Below are positions 12,571 through 27,083 of a stretch of 64,000 nt of DNA, piece after piece. The stretch lies in NCBI RefSeq assembly GCF_009914755.1, contig NC_060929.1; one strand, written 5' to 3'. This DNA is from the human T2T-CHM13v2.0 reference genome, Homo sapiens. The notes beneath the pieces are model-generated. The model did not search any database and was not told the origin of the DNA. It worked only from the letters and a program-made list of their open reading frames with translations. How positions within the stretch are numbered: position 1 is the stretch's first letter; each line of letters begins with the position of its first letter. The translations under genes and the position numbers were made by a program.

Positions 12571-14699
12571 TCTAAAATACTTTTTCCCAACAACTGAGGG
12601 TAGAGTTCTGGGGATAAAGTATGTTTCTTATTAATAGTATATGTACACAAAGTGAAGCTTTGCCTCATAAAGGTTTACTCATCCTAATCTGTATTTCTGC
12701 TTAGATGTCCACAGACTTTTGATGACTTAAAGGGAAGATAGTAGGTGCCATATTTCACTGGGTTTGAAGCAACCCTCAAAATGTCATACAGATATTCAGA
12801 GAAGCTGGGAATTCAAACTTCTGTAGATATAAGAACTTGAGCCATCCCTACAATAAGGCAAACCAGGACATAGATATGAGGATAGAGCGTGGGCTTAGGG
12901 AGGGGAGATATGAATAGATGATTGGGCATATTTCAGGGAGACAGCCACTGAGGAAGAAGGAGGTGTCTCAGCCAGCTGGCACCACACCAGTCCCACATCT
13001 TCCCTTCCCAGCTTCCAAATTCTCCCTCATTTCTTGGCAAATGGTTGAGATGTCCTTTCTATTTTCATATATTTCCTTCAGCTTGACCTTTTGTGACTTA
13101 TTTTCTCCCTCTAAATGTCCTTGGTGTTAAATAATATAAATAAAGCTAGAGAAAAACACATGGCATGTATTTCCCCGATTCTAATCTTTCCTTGTTTATT
13201 TCACATGGAAGAATTATAAATGAGAAAAAACAAACAAAAAGAACTCACATTCATTTCTGATAGCAAGAATGCTAATGGCCTAGTAATTAATAAAAATAAA
13301 CACAACTGTAATGACGTCACCAGATAGATCTGCTTGGAATATTTTGCAATTTTTTTTGTTTAATTTCTAAGCTAAACCGTATCCATTTTATTTTAGTTTA
13401 AAAATTATATAGAGGAAAACCCCAAAGATTACCATTTTAAATTGCAATTGTACAGTTAAGAAAGACTAGGCAGCCACAATTTCCTGGGATGTTGGGCTTA
13501 CTAAGGTGAGTTTATAAGATCAACTTTTGTGAATGGTTGGGCTTTAGACTGTGGTATTAATATTTCCACTTATATTTTCATGCACAGTTATTTGACGATC
13601 TCTAAAATTGGTACATTTGTAGCAGAGCCACAAATTCACTAAGCATAGAAGTGAATTCACAGGTGCATTTTTTTTTTTTTCACCTGCCTTTATACTTCCT
13701 TGAAAACCATACTAGAACCTAAGGCTTCTCACACAGGGTCACATGAGGCCACCAGAAAGACATCTTTGGCCAGGAAAGATGAATAATTTTGTCTTAGGCC
13801 AAGAATAAGAATTTGGTTAGTTTAGCAGAAGCAGAAATATTTCCCAAATTTGTAACTTCTATAAAAACAGTCCCTTTTAAAAACGAATCTCTCAGTGAGA
13901 ATTAGGGGGTTTCAAAATGAGCAAAAGCAATTGTCTATAGGGGAGCTAGAAAGCAATTTAGACGCAGCTTTCCCAACACTAATAGCTTTGCTGAAAACAG
14001 CACTGCTTTTATTCACTTTCTTTAATATGCAGGTTATTAATACATTTTCAAATTAATAGTTTGGAAATTTTCCTACCCTTCTAACTATGAGTCAGTAGTA
14101 CATCCCCACCTGCAAGAGTGACTTGATGCATTCATTTTACTACAATGAAAGTGTCATTTAGAAAGCCATTAAAACATAACCTTAAAATTAACATCGTGAC
14201 CCTACAAGGAAACATTAAATGGGTTGAAAAGTAATGGTCTTGAAAAGGAAAGCCCTGCCTTTAGAATACAAGCTTTTTTTTTTTTTTAAAAAAAAAAAAG
14301 GAAAAGGAAAAAAAAAAGCCACTAATGAATAATTACTTTAATGAGCCTCTGGTCTCAGAGCTGCTTACGTTCATTGGCATTAATGCTGTGAAATGTTGGA
14401 TGCTGTGAACACATTAAAATTTTCATTTTAGTGCTTTTTTGTTCAACAAAGCAATGAAATATCCCAAATTCCTCCATGAGGTGCCTCTTTGGCAGTTGAC
14501 CTTGTCATCAAAATACTAATGCTGTCCAGGGGATCCTTCTAGCTACCACCTGGCAGAGTGCCCTGAAACACTAATAGGACCACAGATCTACTTCAGCCCC
14601 TCCAGTGTCTCAACCCCCTCACCCTGTGGCCCCACTGCCCAGGGTCTTTCTCTATAGAAGGTATTTCAGCAAAGCAGTAACAAAGAAGGTTCCAGTGTA

Positions 14700-14895
14700 T
14701 GATGCTGAGTACAAACATTGCTTCTGTAACCTGGGGCAAATTGCATAGCCTTCCTGTGCCTGCGAATCCTTATATGTTAAATGAGCAAAAACGCAGCGCT
14801 CTTCTAAGGAGTTGCTTTGAGGAGTGAATGAAATGATCTAGGTAAAAATGCTTGGTTCAGGGCTATCCTTAATAAAAATGAAAAGGTAGCTATTA
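14700..14895 (+). mobile_element. MIR SINE
   Basis: tgtaacctggggcaaatt...tgaggagtgaatgaaatgat...gtagctatt. Confidence 0.7.
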
Positions 14896-15021
14896 ATAGA
14901 TTAAAAATGACATTTCTCAGCATGGCCTACAAAGTCCGCCATGAACCGACCTCAGTTTACTATGGAAGGTTATTTCTCACCATCACCTTTCCACCTCTTG
15001 CCACTTCCTTTATGATCTGGC

Positions 15022-15192
15022 CCAGGGGAGTCTCAAACTTGATTGTGCATCAGAAACGCCCTAGAGGGCTTGTTAAAACTCAGACGGCTGATTCAGTTGG
15101 AATGAGGACAGGGCTCAGAAGTTTACATTTTCAACAAGTTCACAGGTGATATGGATGCTGCTGGCCCACAGATCTCACTTTGGGAACCACCA
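15022..15192 (-). mobile_element. MER5A (hAT-Charlie)
   Basis: tctcaaactt...gcatcagaa...agggcttgttaaaac...caggtgat...cactttgggaaccac. Confidence 0.85.
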
Positions 15193-16184
15193 GTCTAGTG
15201 TAGACTTTCATTAAAAAAAAAAAAAAGCCCCTGTTCCCTCTTTCACCTGAAAAGTTAATACCAAAGCTCTACTTATGGACACTTCACTGAAGCCTTTGTG
15301 AAGTCCTTCAGCCAGAATCAGCTATTCTGTGTTTTGCCTTCCAATCACAGTTAGGGTGCAGCCTATTCACTTCTACAGCTCTAATCACCTGGCATTGTAA
15401 TTGTTCCGTTTGCTTGTTGCATGCCCATCTAATGACCTGGACGGTACACACTTCCAGAACAGAGATCATGTTACATTCATTCTTGTGTTATTAGTGTCCT
15501 ATGTGTTCCCTGGCACTAGGTAGCTACTAAACTCTACTTAAAGAAATAAACAACCAAACATACACCCCATACCCTTTGTTCGTATCCTTGCCTTTGCAAA
15601 AGCACTTTTCTCCTTCAGAAATGCAGTTATTTACTGCCTCTGATAGTGAGTTCTGGTCTGCTGTCCACGACCCCTGTGTTGGTATTTTTTAAGTCAGGAA
15701 CACCTTCCCCAGCTTCCTGGAATAGGCAGTTCTTTCCCTAGGCACTTGGTGTTCATATATTTTCCCCTTCATTTGACTGAGATTTTTAGGGCTGTACTTA
15801 TGTCAGAATTGATCCCAGTGCCCCCAGAACCCAGGAAGTGGCTGGAACTTAGGAGACTCTTGGGAAATGTGTGTGGCGTGCTGGGTGAGCATGCTGGAGG
15901 CCGGGCAGACTGGTCTGGGAATCTGACAGAATTTATTGCTGGTGTCCCGGCTTGCCACTCCTTTCCATGGGCCTTTTCCAAAACGACTCCCAGAATCCTA
16001 ATTCCCAGCTACTGTGGAGGCCATATGAGAGATAGGCAGTGCAATTAGAGAGCGGCCACCATAGCTTAAGCAAGGTGTGATGAAACCTTAAATTAAGCAA
16101 CAGCCTGAGAGCAAAATGGAAAAGCCAGCTGGAGTAATCATGGAGGAAGGGACCCTCCAAATTGACCAACTTAGAATACTGATC

Positions 16185-16390
16185 TTCAGGCTCTGGCCTG
16201 AAAGGGACCTGTGTTTGAATTCGAGCCTCTCCTCTGATCTTGCACTTAAGCATTCTAAGCCTTTGTTTCCTTACCTGTCAAATGGGAATAATAAATTACT
16301 ATTGGCGTGAAATGAGGTGATGCATGGGAAAATACTTAGCACAGTGCTTGGAATATAGAGAGTGTGCAAGAAAATAGAGCCATATAGGAA
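16185..16390 (+). mobile_element. MIR SINE
   Basis: ctaagcctttgtttccttacctgtcaaatgggaataat...cttagcacagtgcttgg. Confidence 0.8.
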
Positions 16391-16997
16391 AACCGTTAAA
16401 CTGTCAATGCTTAATGGACTCTGGCTGTGATTTTTTTCCCTTGACCCACAAAGATTTACAGAATATTTGGGTAAGAAAAAAATGACCACTCCCAAAGAGT
16501 GGGATTAGGCTTTGATTATGCATCGTCTAATATTCATCACCAACAAAATAATCCTGTGCATGTTTTAATGTAGCTGGAGTTCATAAAAGGCAGTACCAGG
16601 GCTGAGGTTCTGAGGGAAAAATCCTGTTCCATAACCATGGAGCAGGTGGGGAGGTGGAGGCCAAGAATTAGTTGAAATATGGGAATAAAGGGAAAGCTAT
16701 GGGATTTTGAATTTTCTTGCATGTTGGGTTGTGTGTGTATCTTTGTATATTGCTATAGGCATTTATCTTTTAAGGATATAATGGCATAAACTAAATTCAA
16801 TGGCTTGGGCACAACTAATAATTTAGTTATTTGAACTCAATGTACAAAGAGTAACACTATGTAAAGAATAATACAAAAATTTTCATGATTTTCTCTGGAC
16901 ATAGAAATACAGATGAGTGTTTGCGCTTTGATAATTTGAAAATAGTGCTGCTAATGGAGGGATTTCCTGAGAGTCTCAGTTTGGATGGGCAAAAATT

Positions 16998-17210
16998 ATA
17001 ATCACTAACACATATAGTGTTGACTATGTGTCAGGCCTACTTCTAAGCGCTTTTACATTTATTAAGCCCTGTAATCCTCAGAACAATAGCATGAGGCAGG
17101 TACTCTTATGATTCTTACATTGTGGATAACTGAGTCACAAAGAGGTTGGAGCATTCACTCAACGTCCCACATGAAACTGAAGTCATATGGCTTGCAAGTC
17201 CACGCTCTCA
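16998..17210 (-). mobile_element. MIR SINE
   Basis: gactatgtgtcaggc...taatcctcagaacaa...atgaggcaggtact. Confidence 0.8.
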
Positions 17211-17550
17211 AGCCTAAAGTCACTGGCAGTCCTGCTTCAGTTTCCCATCCGAAGAGCCCTGCCATGTCCGCCAACACAGCCAGAGTTGGCCATGTGGGTC
17301 CACACCCAGGCCCCCTAACACATGGATCCCCTCCACTGCTGTCTAAGTAGTGACTGGGATTCAGAAAATTCCCTCCAATGTCTGTTGTGAATTTCCACTG
17401 CCACCCTCCTTGGGGTCTCACACATTCCAAATGCTAGTCCCATCCTTTTATTTACTTAGACACATAGGATTTGTCACTTGAAATGATCTTTTAATTGTAC
17501 TTTTTCCTCTGCCTTCTTTCCAGGGCTTTGCAGCCAGTGTTAAATGCTTT

Positions 17551-17584
<34 letters not shown>

Positions 17585-18442
17585 ATGCTTTCCTTCTGGT
17601 GGAATAGGTTAGCCTGTGTGTTGGTTAGCTGCTGCATTTTGAACTTCCCACTTGATAACTGACAGCCTGTAATTAAGCATAACTTGAACTCTGACCACAT
17701 CTCCATGTACTTTTATAGCCTGTCACCAAATTTCTGTTGAATGTTTTATGTAAAAATGGCACACAACGAAACGCTTCCTGGCTTAGCAATATCTCATCAT
17801 GGTTAGGTTAAAACATTCTCTGATGGGTTGGAGACCTGGAAATGTTCTCACCATGGTACAAACATTTTTATTTTTTCCTGAAAAACCAGTTTCTGTATAA
17901 TACATGGATGACTTATTTTCTTTAGGGATGCAGAAACTCAAATCAGAGTATAAAAGGTGAGGGGAACTGCATTTATTGAAGTATCTAATATGTGCCAGGC
18001 CTTTGGCAAAGTGTTTCCCTGACTGTAGGACCTGGTGAGGAATTTGCTACCTGTCCAGATTGATATTCCCGATTGAGTGCCTGTGTCCTAATCCCTTTGA
18101 TGGAGCCTAGGGCTTTGACGGAGGACATGTCTCAGATTCCACTGGGACACCTAGGCTCCAGTCTCTGTTGTACTATACTGTAGGAAAGGGTGAAAGGCCA
18201 GCCAGCTGCTTCCTTAGGGGAACCCCTTTCTAGTTAATGGACACTACAGAGCTAGCATCGATCAATAGCATTTTCAGAGTTCTCAACCAATAGATAAATA
18301 AAAAGAAGGTGAGGAATAGGAGAGCAAAATGTCACCCCATTTTTACTAATAAAATTGATATTAGAAAATGGAAAAATGTACTCTCCTAGGCACAAGCAGA
18401 ATTGGACTCCCATAGAAATGCATTAGGAGGAGGAAGTATTAA

Positions 18443-19000
<558 letters not shown>

Positions 19001-22000
19001 TTTCGGAAAGGCCCTTCAAAATATCATGATCTAGAGAAACACGGTGGCATTTGTGCATCCTGTGAGAAACTTCTGAGGGAGAGAGAGAGTGAGATGGGGC
19101 TGTGGTTGAGCATTTTTTCCTTTTAAATTTGCCAAGCAGATTTGCCCTCTTCCTTCCCCCTGAGAAGAAATGAGAGAGTCATCTAGAATGGCCAGGCATG
19201 TTACGCAAATAAATCACCCTTCACTTGGGAGGCACTATCAGGAAGGCGGAAGAAGTCCTCCCCAATCCCCTGCATTTGGCATGTGACCCCCTGAGTGGTA
19301 GACAATGGTCTAACAAGGTGCTCAAAATATCATAGTGTTAACATGACACATCTTCCATGAACATCAATTTTACTCAGTAAGTTCGGTGAAATATTATTTT
19401 AATAGTAACACAAATATGGAGATATTTATGGAACAGAATATAAAGTTCACATGAATTTTTAAAGCACAACATGATACTTTAAAGCTCTTTCAGGCTTGCT
19501 CTGGGCTGCTTTGGGCTAAGCCCCCAGGTCCCTCAGGGGTAGATGTTCACTCCTCTCTGCCTAGGGTAACTTCAGTGGAAGTGTGGAAGCTCTCTTAGGA
19601 CACTGAATGTGTCATACAAAACCTTTATTAATGTACCAGCATTAACTTGGCAATGTTAGCAGATTGAAAAGCAAGAAGACAGAGATAGTAAATCAGAGAG
19701 ACAGTCATCACAGGGACGTGTGGCCTAGGAGCCACTCACACAGCACAAGGCCAAATGGATAGGCTGACCAAAGAGCAGTAAAGGGGGAAGAAGGGAGGGA
19801 AAATGAGAGAGAGAGAAACCGTAAAGGCTAAAGACAGAGAGTGGTTAAGATAAGGAGGGAAGGAGGAAGGATGGGAGGTTAGTATTGAGGCCGACACACA
19901 GATCCTTGTTCATCTCTTACTTTTATGATCCGGGGAGCCATGCCACACAGCCCCAGCCAGCTCTGTCCTGATGCTCTCTGAGTGGGGTATGTCTGCCTTG
20001 GAATTTTGTTCACAGACAGGCATTGCTCAGTCTTGCCCCTGGCAGTTTGTGCATGCTTGGTTCGTCATATCTGACCACTCCATTAAAGAATAGAATAGAA
20101 TAGAGTAGAATTCTGATCCTCTTATGTAGGCCTTGCTTCCAAAAGCAGAAACTCAAATACCTGTGGAGTTAGGCAGATAGAAAAGGTGTGTTGCTGACAG
20201 GTATTAATTATAGAGAATGCAAGGGATTGTAGTAAACTTGTAGGCGGGTGCCTTGTTTAAAGGCACTCAAACTTGGAAAAAAAAAAAAAAAAAGCAAAAA
20301 AGAATGGGCTGGCTAAAGCCAAAATCCCTTTCCTGCTGGATTTGGTTTGCAGGGCCTTTGTTTCGTAGGCTTGCCACCCTCAGCAGACTGAATTTTCTAC
20401 TTGTGGTCTCAACTTACACTTGTGTCATTATATTCCCCTAATATTCCAGTGGAAGTTGTGCTCTTAATGTCATGCTTGGGGCGAAAAAAAAAAAGGAAAA
20501 AAGAAAATCAAGGCCCTGAAATTAACTAATTTTCATAGGGCCACAAAATTTGTAAAGTTAACATCAAATTTGAACTAAAGTCTTTTTTCACTTCAATAGT
20601 TTTAAATTTGACATCTACTTCAGAGCTTCCAAAACCTCTATAGAGTGTTCACAGCAGACCACAGAGGTAGAGAGCTATGATCTTCTGCAGAAATGTAGTT
20701 GGCAAAACATTTATCCATAGAATAGTCATCAAAGATAATAGTGCTATTTAACAAAGATAACAGTGACAACTTTGCTATTTTAAATAACATGTTTCAAAAG
20801 AAACAGCAGCAAAACTGGGATTATTAAAAGTCAAAAAAAGAAACAGTTATTGATTTGGAAAAAAATAATTGGTTTAATAGCAAAAACATTTTCATATGAA
20901 ACTTAAAAAGAAACTGTCAGTTGATGTGGTCAAAGACTCATTAGTAGCCGCATATTGGACAGCTTTTTCACTAACTATTAACATGGCGACATCACTTTAT
21001 ACAATGAATTTTGATTTTTTTGGCGTGTGTGTAAAATTCAATAGAACATTGAAAGGATAAAAGATAAAAATTAGTGAAGGTGAATGACTTCTCTAACTAG
21101 GCGATTGTTTGTAGGATTCATTATTGGCAGTAGATTGTTACAACATACACTCGTTACATTCTAGTTCTTGTTTATTTTTATGAGAGGTTGGTCCTGAATG
21201 TTGATTTCAGTCGGCAAGAAGAAAGTTTGCAAAATGCCTGGCAAAGTGGAATTAGACGCTGAGCCTGGTTTGGTCGGTTTTGCATATTTCCTTTATTTAG
21301 AAGTTAGAGACCTACCATTATTCAGCTTTCTCTGACCCATTTTTCAACGCTGTTTTATTGGACAAACACAGTTCTCGTTGGACAGAGCCATTACCAGTTT
21401 GGCTGAAGAAAGTATTATCTTAGAACATATTTTCCCTTCTGGTTCCAGTTTTTTGGTAGCTAGAATTTAAGCATAATGGTATAACAAATAACCACAGAGG
21501 TCTTAGTAATGGCTTTAAAACACCCACACAAAAAATTACCTCTCTCCTGAATATAAAGTCACAGAGGAAACATTGTTGTACTCTCACACTTGTGAAAAAT
21601 TCTATTGTTAACGATGGTATATTAAGGCCTTAGCCTTATTCATTAATACAAAATACAGCAGAGTACATTTTGAAGTGTGTGCGGTGAATTGCATACACAG
21701 TGTACATTATCGTCATCAGAGCTGTGCTGGGGGAATTTAGCTAAAACTGTTTAGAGGCACCCCATAATAGTTGCCTGTAATTGTTTCAAAATTGGTTTTC
21801 TGGGGTTTAGAGCTCTGTTTTTATTATTGTTGTTATTTATTAATCTCATTCTATGACTGTCACAACTGATCTTAGTTTTGCTAGCACTTTCAAAATAGGA
21901 AACATATACAATTTTATTTCATCAAATAATTTCAGTACTACACTTCACCTTTAAGTGAATTGCGCCCCGAAACATTTTAAAGCTACTAACAGAGCTTGTT

Positions 22001-22153
22001 AAATTTGAAATAGAATTATAGGTCCATTGAGAGCAAATGTTTGCCAATAAATAGGAAATTTTGTTCTAGCTCAGTTATCAAAGTCCTTTCTTCTTCCATT
22101 TTTTGTGAATCTCTACATTCTTGGCTCTTAAAAAACAAAAAGTGGCGTGTATT

Positions 22154-22464
22154 GGCCGGGTGCAGTGGCTCACGCCTGTAATCCCAGCACTTTGGGAGGC
22201 TGAGGTGGGCAGATGACAAGGTCAGGAGATCGAGACCATCCTGGCTAACACCGTGAAACACCGTCTCTACTAAAAATACAAAAAATTAGCCAGGTATGGG
22301 TGGCGCGCACCTGTAGTCCCAGCTACTCAGGAGGCTGAGGCAGGAGACTCACTTGAACCCAGGCGGAGGTTGCAGTGAGCCAAGGCCGAGGTTGCAGTGA
22401 GCCGAGATTGCGCAACTGCACTCCAGCATGGGCAACAGAGCGAGACTCCATCTCAAAAAAAAAA
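22154..22464 (+). mobile_element. Alu (Sc/Y-like) with internal 22-bp tandem duplication
   Basis: gagatcgagaccatcctggctaacac; TSD agtggcgtgtatt 22141-22153 / agtggcgtctatt 22466-22478. Confidence 0.96.
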
Positions 22465-23537
22465 TAGTGGCGTCTATTTTGACAATTCTTACAGAAGCAT
22501 ATTCTTGCAGAACCATATAGTGATCTTGGTTATCTGTCCTGGTTGATTGAAAGTAGTATAAACAACAAGGTAAAGAAATTGATTTTATTTCCAGTAGTAC
22601 CTAGGTACATAAGGATTCACCGTTTTTAATGGGACACATAACAAAGTAGCTTACAACTCCATATCCCACCCCACTTATTAGTATATTACACAAATATGTA
22701 CAATTTCTAAGCCTCACATTTGAGAGAGGATGATCATTTTTAAATTGATTACATGCATTTTGTATTTTAAAACTTTGGCATATCCAAGTCTTTTGTAAAT
22801 TTAGTTCTTTATGCACCTATGTAAATATTTTCCATGTCTGCATACCAACCCAGCTGGATTATTATTTTTTGTCTTGTGGTTCTATTCTCACTTTCTCCTC
22901 ATTGTGGTCTGAAACGTATAGGCTGAATGAATCAACAAATTGCTATCGATGCTCCCATCCTCAGCTTGATTCTAAGACAGTGAGTCCCACCAGTTTTCAG
23001 TTCTGAGTCTCTCCCAGGCATTGATGCTAATAGAATAAATAAGAAGTAATGGCAATGCCACCAGGTTGGTTTATCAGCACTGGTTGTGAATAAACCAGTG
23101 GAAGAAATAACAGGGGAACACAATATTGAGAAACTCTCAAAGCTGTAGACCTGTCAATTCCTTTTGCTCATCCTTTGTTGCTTATGCACATCCAAATTTC
23201 TTTCCAGACCAGCCTTTGGGATGGAGCTAATTAAATTACATTTTGATCCACCCCTATTTCTTCTTTATTTCTATATTGCTTTTCTCACTGTAATGTCACT
23301 CAAATGAGAAAGAATTTCTGCTACTAAAGTGACCAAGAGTGGTGCATGCTAAGTGCAGCCTTAGAGAGTTCTTCTTCCATCTCATCAAATTCCAGATGAA
23401 TTCTTGGCCCACCCTAATCTCATAATGGACATGTGATATTCCATGTATCATATGATAATGGACATATGATACATCTCATATTGTATCTTTTATCCAAGGG
23501 TGTTGAATATTTTATATGTTTCTCTAAATTTTCTGAC

Positions 23538-23910
23538 TGTATTAGTCTATTCAGGCTGCTGTAACACAAAACCATAGACTAGGTGGTTTAAACAACATAA
23601 ATTTATTTCTCACAGTTCTAGAGGCTGGGAAGTCCAAGAACAAGGTGCTGGCAGATTGGATTCCCCGTGAGGGCTTTCTTCCTGGCTTGAAGTTGGCTGC
23701 TTTCCTGCTGAGACTTCTCATGGCAGAGACTGAGGGTGATATCTCCCTCTCTTCTTATTTTTACAAAATCACTAATCCCTTTATTAGGGTTCTACCAACA
23801 TGACCTCCTCTAATCCTCATTTCTTCCCAAAGGTTCAAATATTATCACATTGGGGGATAGGGCTCAATATATAAATTTAGACAGTGGGGAAGCAATTCAG
23901 TCTCTTACAC
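23538..23910 (-). mobile_element. MaLR solo LTR (MLT1A-like)
   Basis: tgtattagtctattcaggctgctgtaaca...tttatttctcacagttctagaggctgggaagtccaag. Confidence 0.88.
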
Positions 23911-25109
23911 TGACCTCCTCTATCTTCTTTGTCTTAACTAACCTTATCTCTTCCCCTTGATCTCTTTCTTAGTATATTTACTAAAATCAGACTCACTTTT
24001 TTAAACTTATGATACATTTCATAAGAAATTTTATATCAGCACTGCATAAATAAAAGGTGAAACCATAAAATAAAAATATGAAAAAAAGGTTGCGAATGCA
24101 CCTTTTTTCCAGCTCTCATGTGCCACACTTAGGGAATGCTATTGAAGAAACAAAACATGGGGAGGCTCTAAATTCGGGAATCTCCCCAGGTGTCCCAGAT
24201 GTTCCTCTACTGATGGAGCTTGAGAGTTGGGTTAAGCCATGAGTTTTTCTGTATGACTATACTACTGATCTTAATCTACCTTAGAATATATCAAGAGTAG
24301 GGGAAGTGAGGAATAATTGCAGCTCATACTAACTCCATCCCTTTTCCTTTCTGAATGCAGACTCATAGTTGTGAGTAATATGTATTTGTTTCTTAATGTG
24401 AGTTATATTGGCTACTGGCTTGTTAACTTTAATTGGTGGAACTGTGATCATTTAGGCTATTAACAGAAACTAGTCATGTGTTTTCAGGAAAACTGGTATA
24501 AATTAGAATCTTTCATTAAAGACCAATCAGCCATTCTCACATTTCAAAATTTGACACCATTGCTTTCTTGATGGGGTAGCAAACTGACCAGAAAATTCAT
24601 CTAATCCGTTTTCTAAGGGTGAGAGTCAAGAAAATAAAGTCTATCTATATTAATGGCTTAAAATATTTATATTACCAATTCTGGCATAACCAGTTCAAGA
24701 GTAAGATTATGGAGTGATTTAGTCAATGTTGCTTGAAAGGTAGGCACAGGGAAGCAGCCGCTGAGGCTGTTCACTACTGTCTGTTCAAATCTCTCATGTT
24801 TGCTTTCAAAGAAAACAATCAAACAAGTGTTTGCATCTTTTTAGAAAATAATCAAACAAGTGTTTACCGATGAAATAATCAAAGAGGAATCTAGCTGTAG
24901 ATAAAATAGCATATCTTTCTTTTTAAGAGCAGGATATAGCAGTTAAAGTGTAATAAGAAGATCATGAATATGTTTAAAATGGACTCAGAGCAAACTTCTT
25001 AATGAAGCTTAGGAATGACCCAGAGCTAGAGTAATGGACAGTGAATTCAATGACTTCATGGAAGTGACAGGACACCTACATAAAAGGCAACATAAAAGGC
25101 AACATAGTT

Positions 25110-25640
<531 letters not shown>

Positions 25641-26794
25641 TTGTGTTTTGAATATTTGACATTGTTAATTTATATACCCATGTAAGGGCTAGTTACTATC
25701 ATTCCTTTTTTGTTACAATGATTGTTTGGCAAGACCCAGCCAGTCAAAGACACAGACTCATTTTCTTGGTCACAATTGCCACATCATTGAAGTAATATCA
25801 GGTAAGTAGAAGTTAGTGCATGGGTCTCGTCCAAGAACTGTACACGTATGGCCAAATTTCAATGATCCTGCACGTTTCTTTTCCTTTTATCACTTCTGCC
25901 TTATGCAGTCTGCCTTGAACTACTTACGTGTCAACATTTCCTTCACTGATACATAGAAGAAGGCAATGAGAATTAAAATGGATAATTTTCCATCTCATAG
26001 TTGTTTTGGAAAGAAAGGTTTATGGAGTACATTTTGTATGTGTGAAAATCTGTTGTTTTGTGATCTATATTCCCTTAAATTGTATGACACATAGATTCAT
26101 ATTTTGGGCGTAAGACCAAATGTCAAAAAGAATTTAGGGCATAAAACTCTAAACTGCAAACAAATTCTTAAACCTCTGGACATAAGACCTTCCTTGTTTG
26201 CCTATAATGGTCTTGGTAAAATAAATTGTAGAAAACTTTCTGACATTTATTTTTATAATGTAAACATTTTTCCTTAGCAAAGTCAATCGTTAGCTAATGG
26301 TTGTGTGTGTATTTGTCATACAGAAAATTTTACTACAATGCTCTATGCAATTCATATATGTATAATTTATCTGTCACTTCCATAATCCACAAAGATTTAA
26401 TGAAACTGATAAAATGAACACGTGCCAGAAGATACAAATATGAAAAAAATAAGATTCAGTACTAGGAAAATGTAAATAAGACTAAAAAGTCAAAACCAAG
26501 CGTTGTAATGACTTCAGATGTGCCGTACATGCTTCATGACAGTTGGTTCTGTGTTACTATTATTGGTTGGGGAGAAAAATGCTAGTCATTTTGACATATA
26601 TTTTTATATTTCAGTCTAGCATTAGCATCATGAAAAGAGTTTTACTCTTTCCTTTTTGCAGATGATGAGATTTCATAATGTAGAGGTCAAGAGATTTGCC
26701 TAAAGTTACTCAACTAAAACGTGGCAAAATTCTAATTTGAACACAATTCTAATTCCAATGCTGAGTTTGGCATTTGACACACTATCTGATTACT

Positions 26795-27083
26795 GTTTTT
26801 TACTTTAAAAAAAATTTAGAAAATTTATTTGGATACATAGTAGGTATATATATTTATGGGGTACATGAGATATTTTGACATAGGCATGCAATGTGAAATA
26901 AGCACATTATGGAGATTGGGGTAGCCATCCCTTCAAGCAGTTATCCCTTGAATAATAAAGAAGCCAATTGCATTCTTTCAGTTATTTAAAAATTAAGTTC
27001 TTGACTATAATCACCCTATTGTGCTATCAAATAGTAGGTCTTATTCATTCACTCATTTTTTTGTACTCATTAACCATCCTGAA
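26795..27083 (-). mobile_element. 5'-truncated L1MA 3' end
   Basis: tatttatggggtacatgagatattttga...caccctattgtgctatcaaata; flanked by direct repeat tatctgattact 26783-26794 / 27084-27095. Confidence 0.85.

Noticed and set aside
25079-25106. acataaaaggca 12-bp tandem repeat, and similar tiny duplications near 12282, 20730, 23441 and 44821
   Set aside because: Commonplace slippage products with no further structure
25735-25807. Perfect donor CAG|GTAAGT at 25799-25807 as a possible cassette exon
   Set aside because: Upstream acceptor is weak, and such donors occur by chance in long introns
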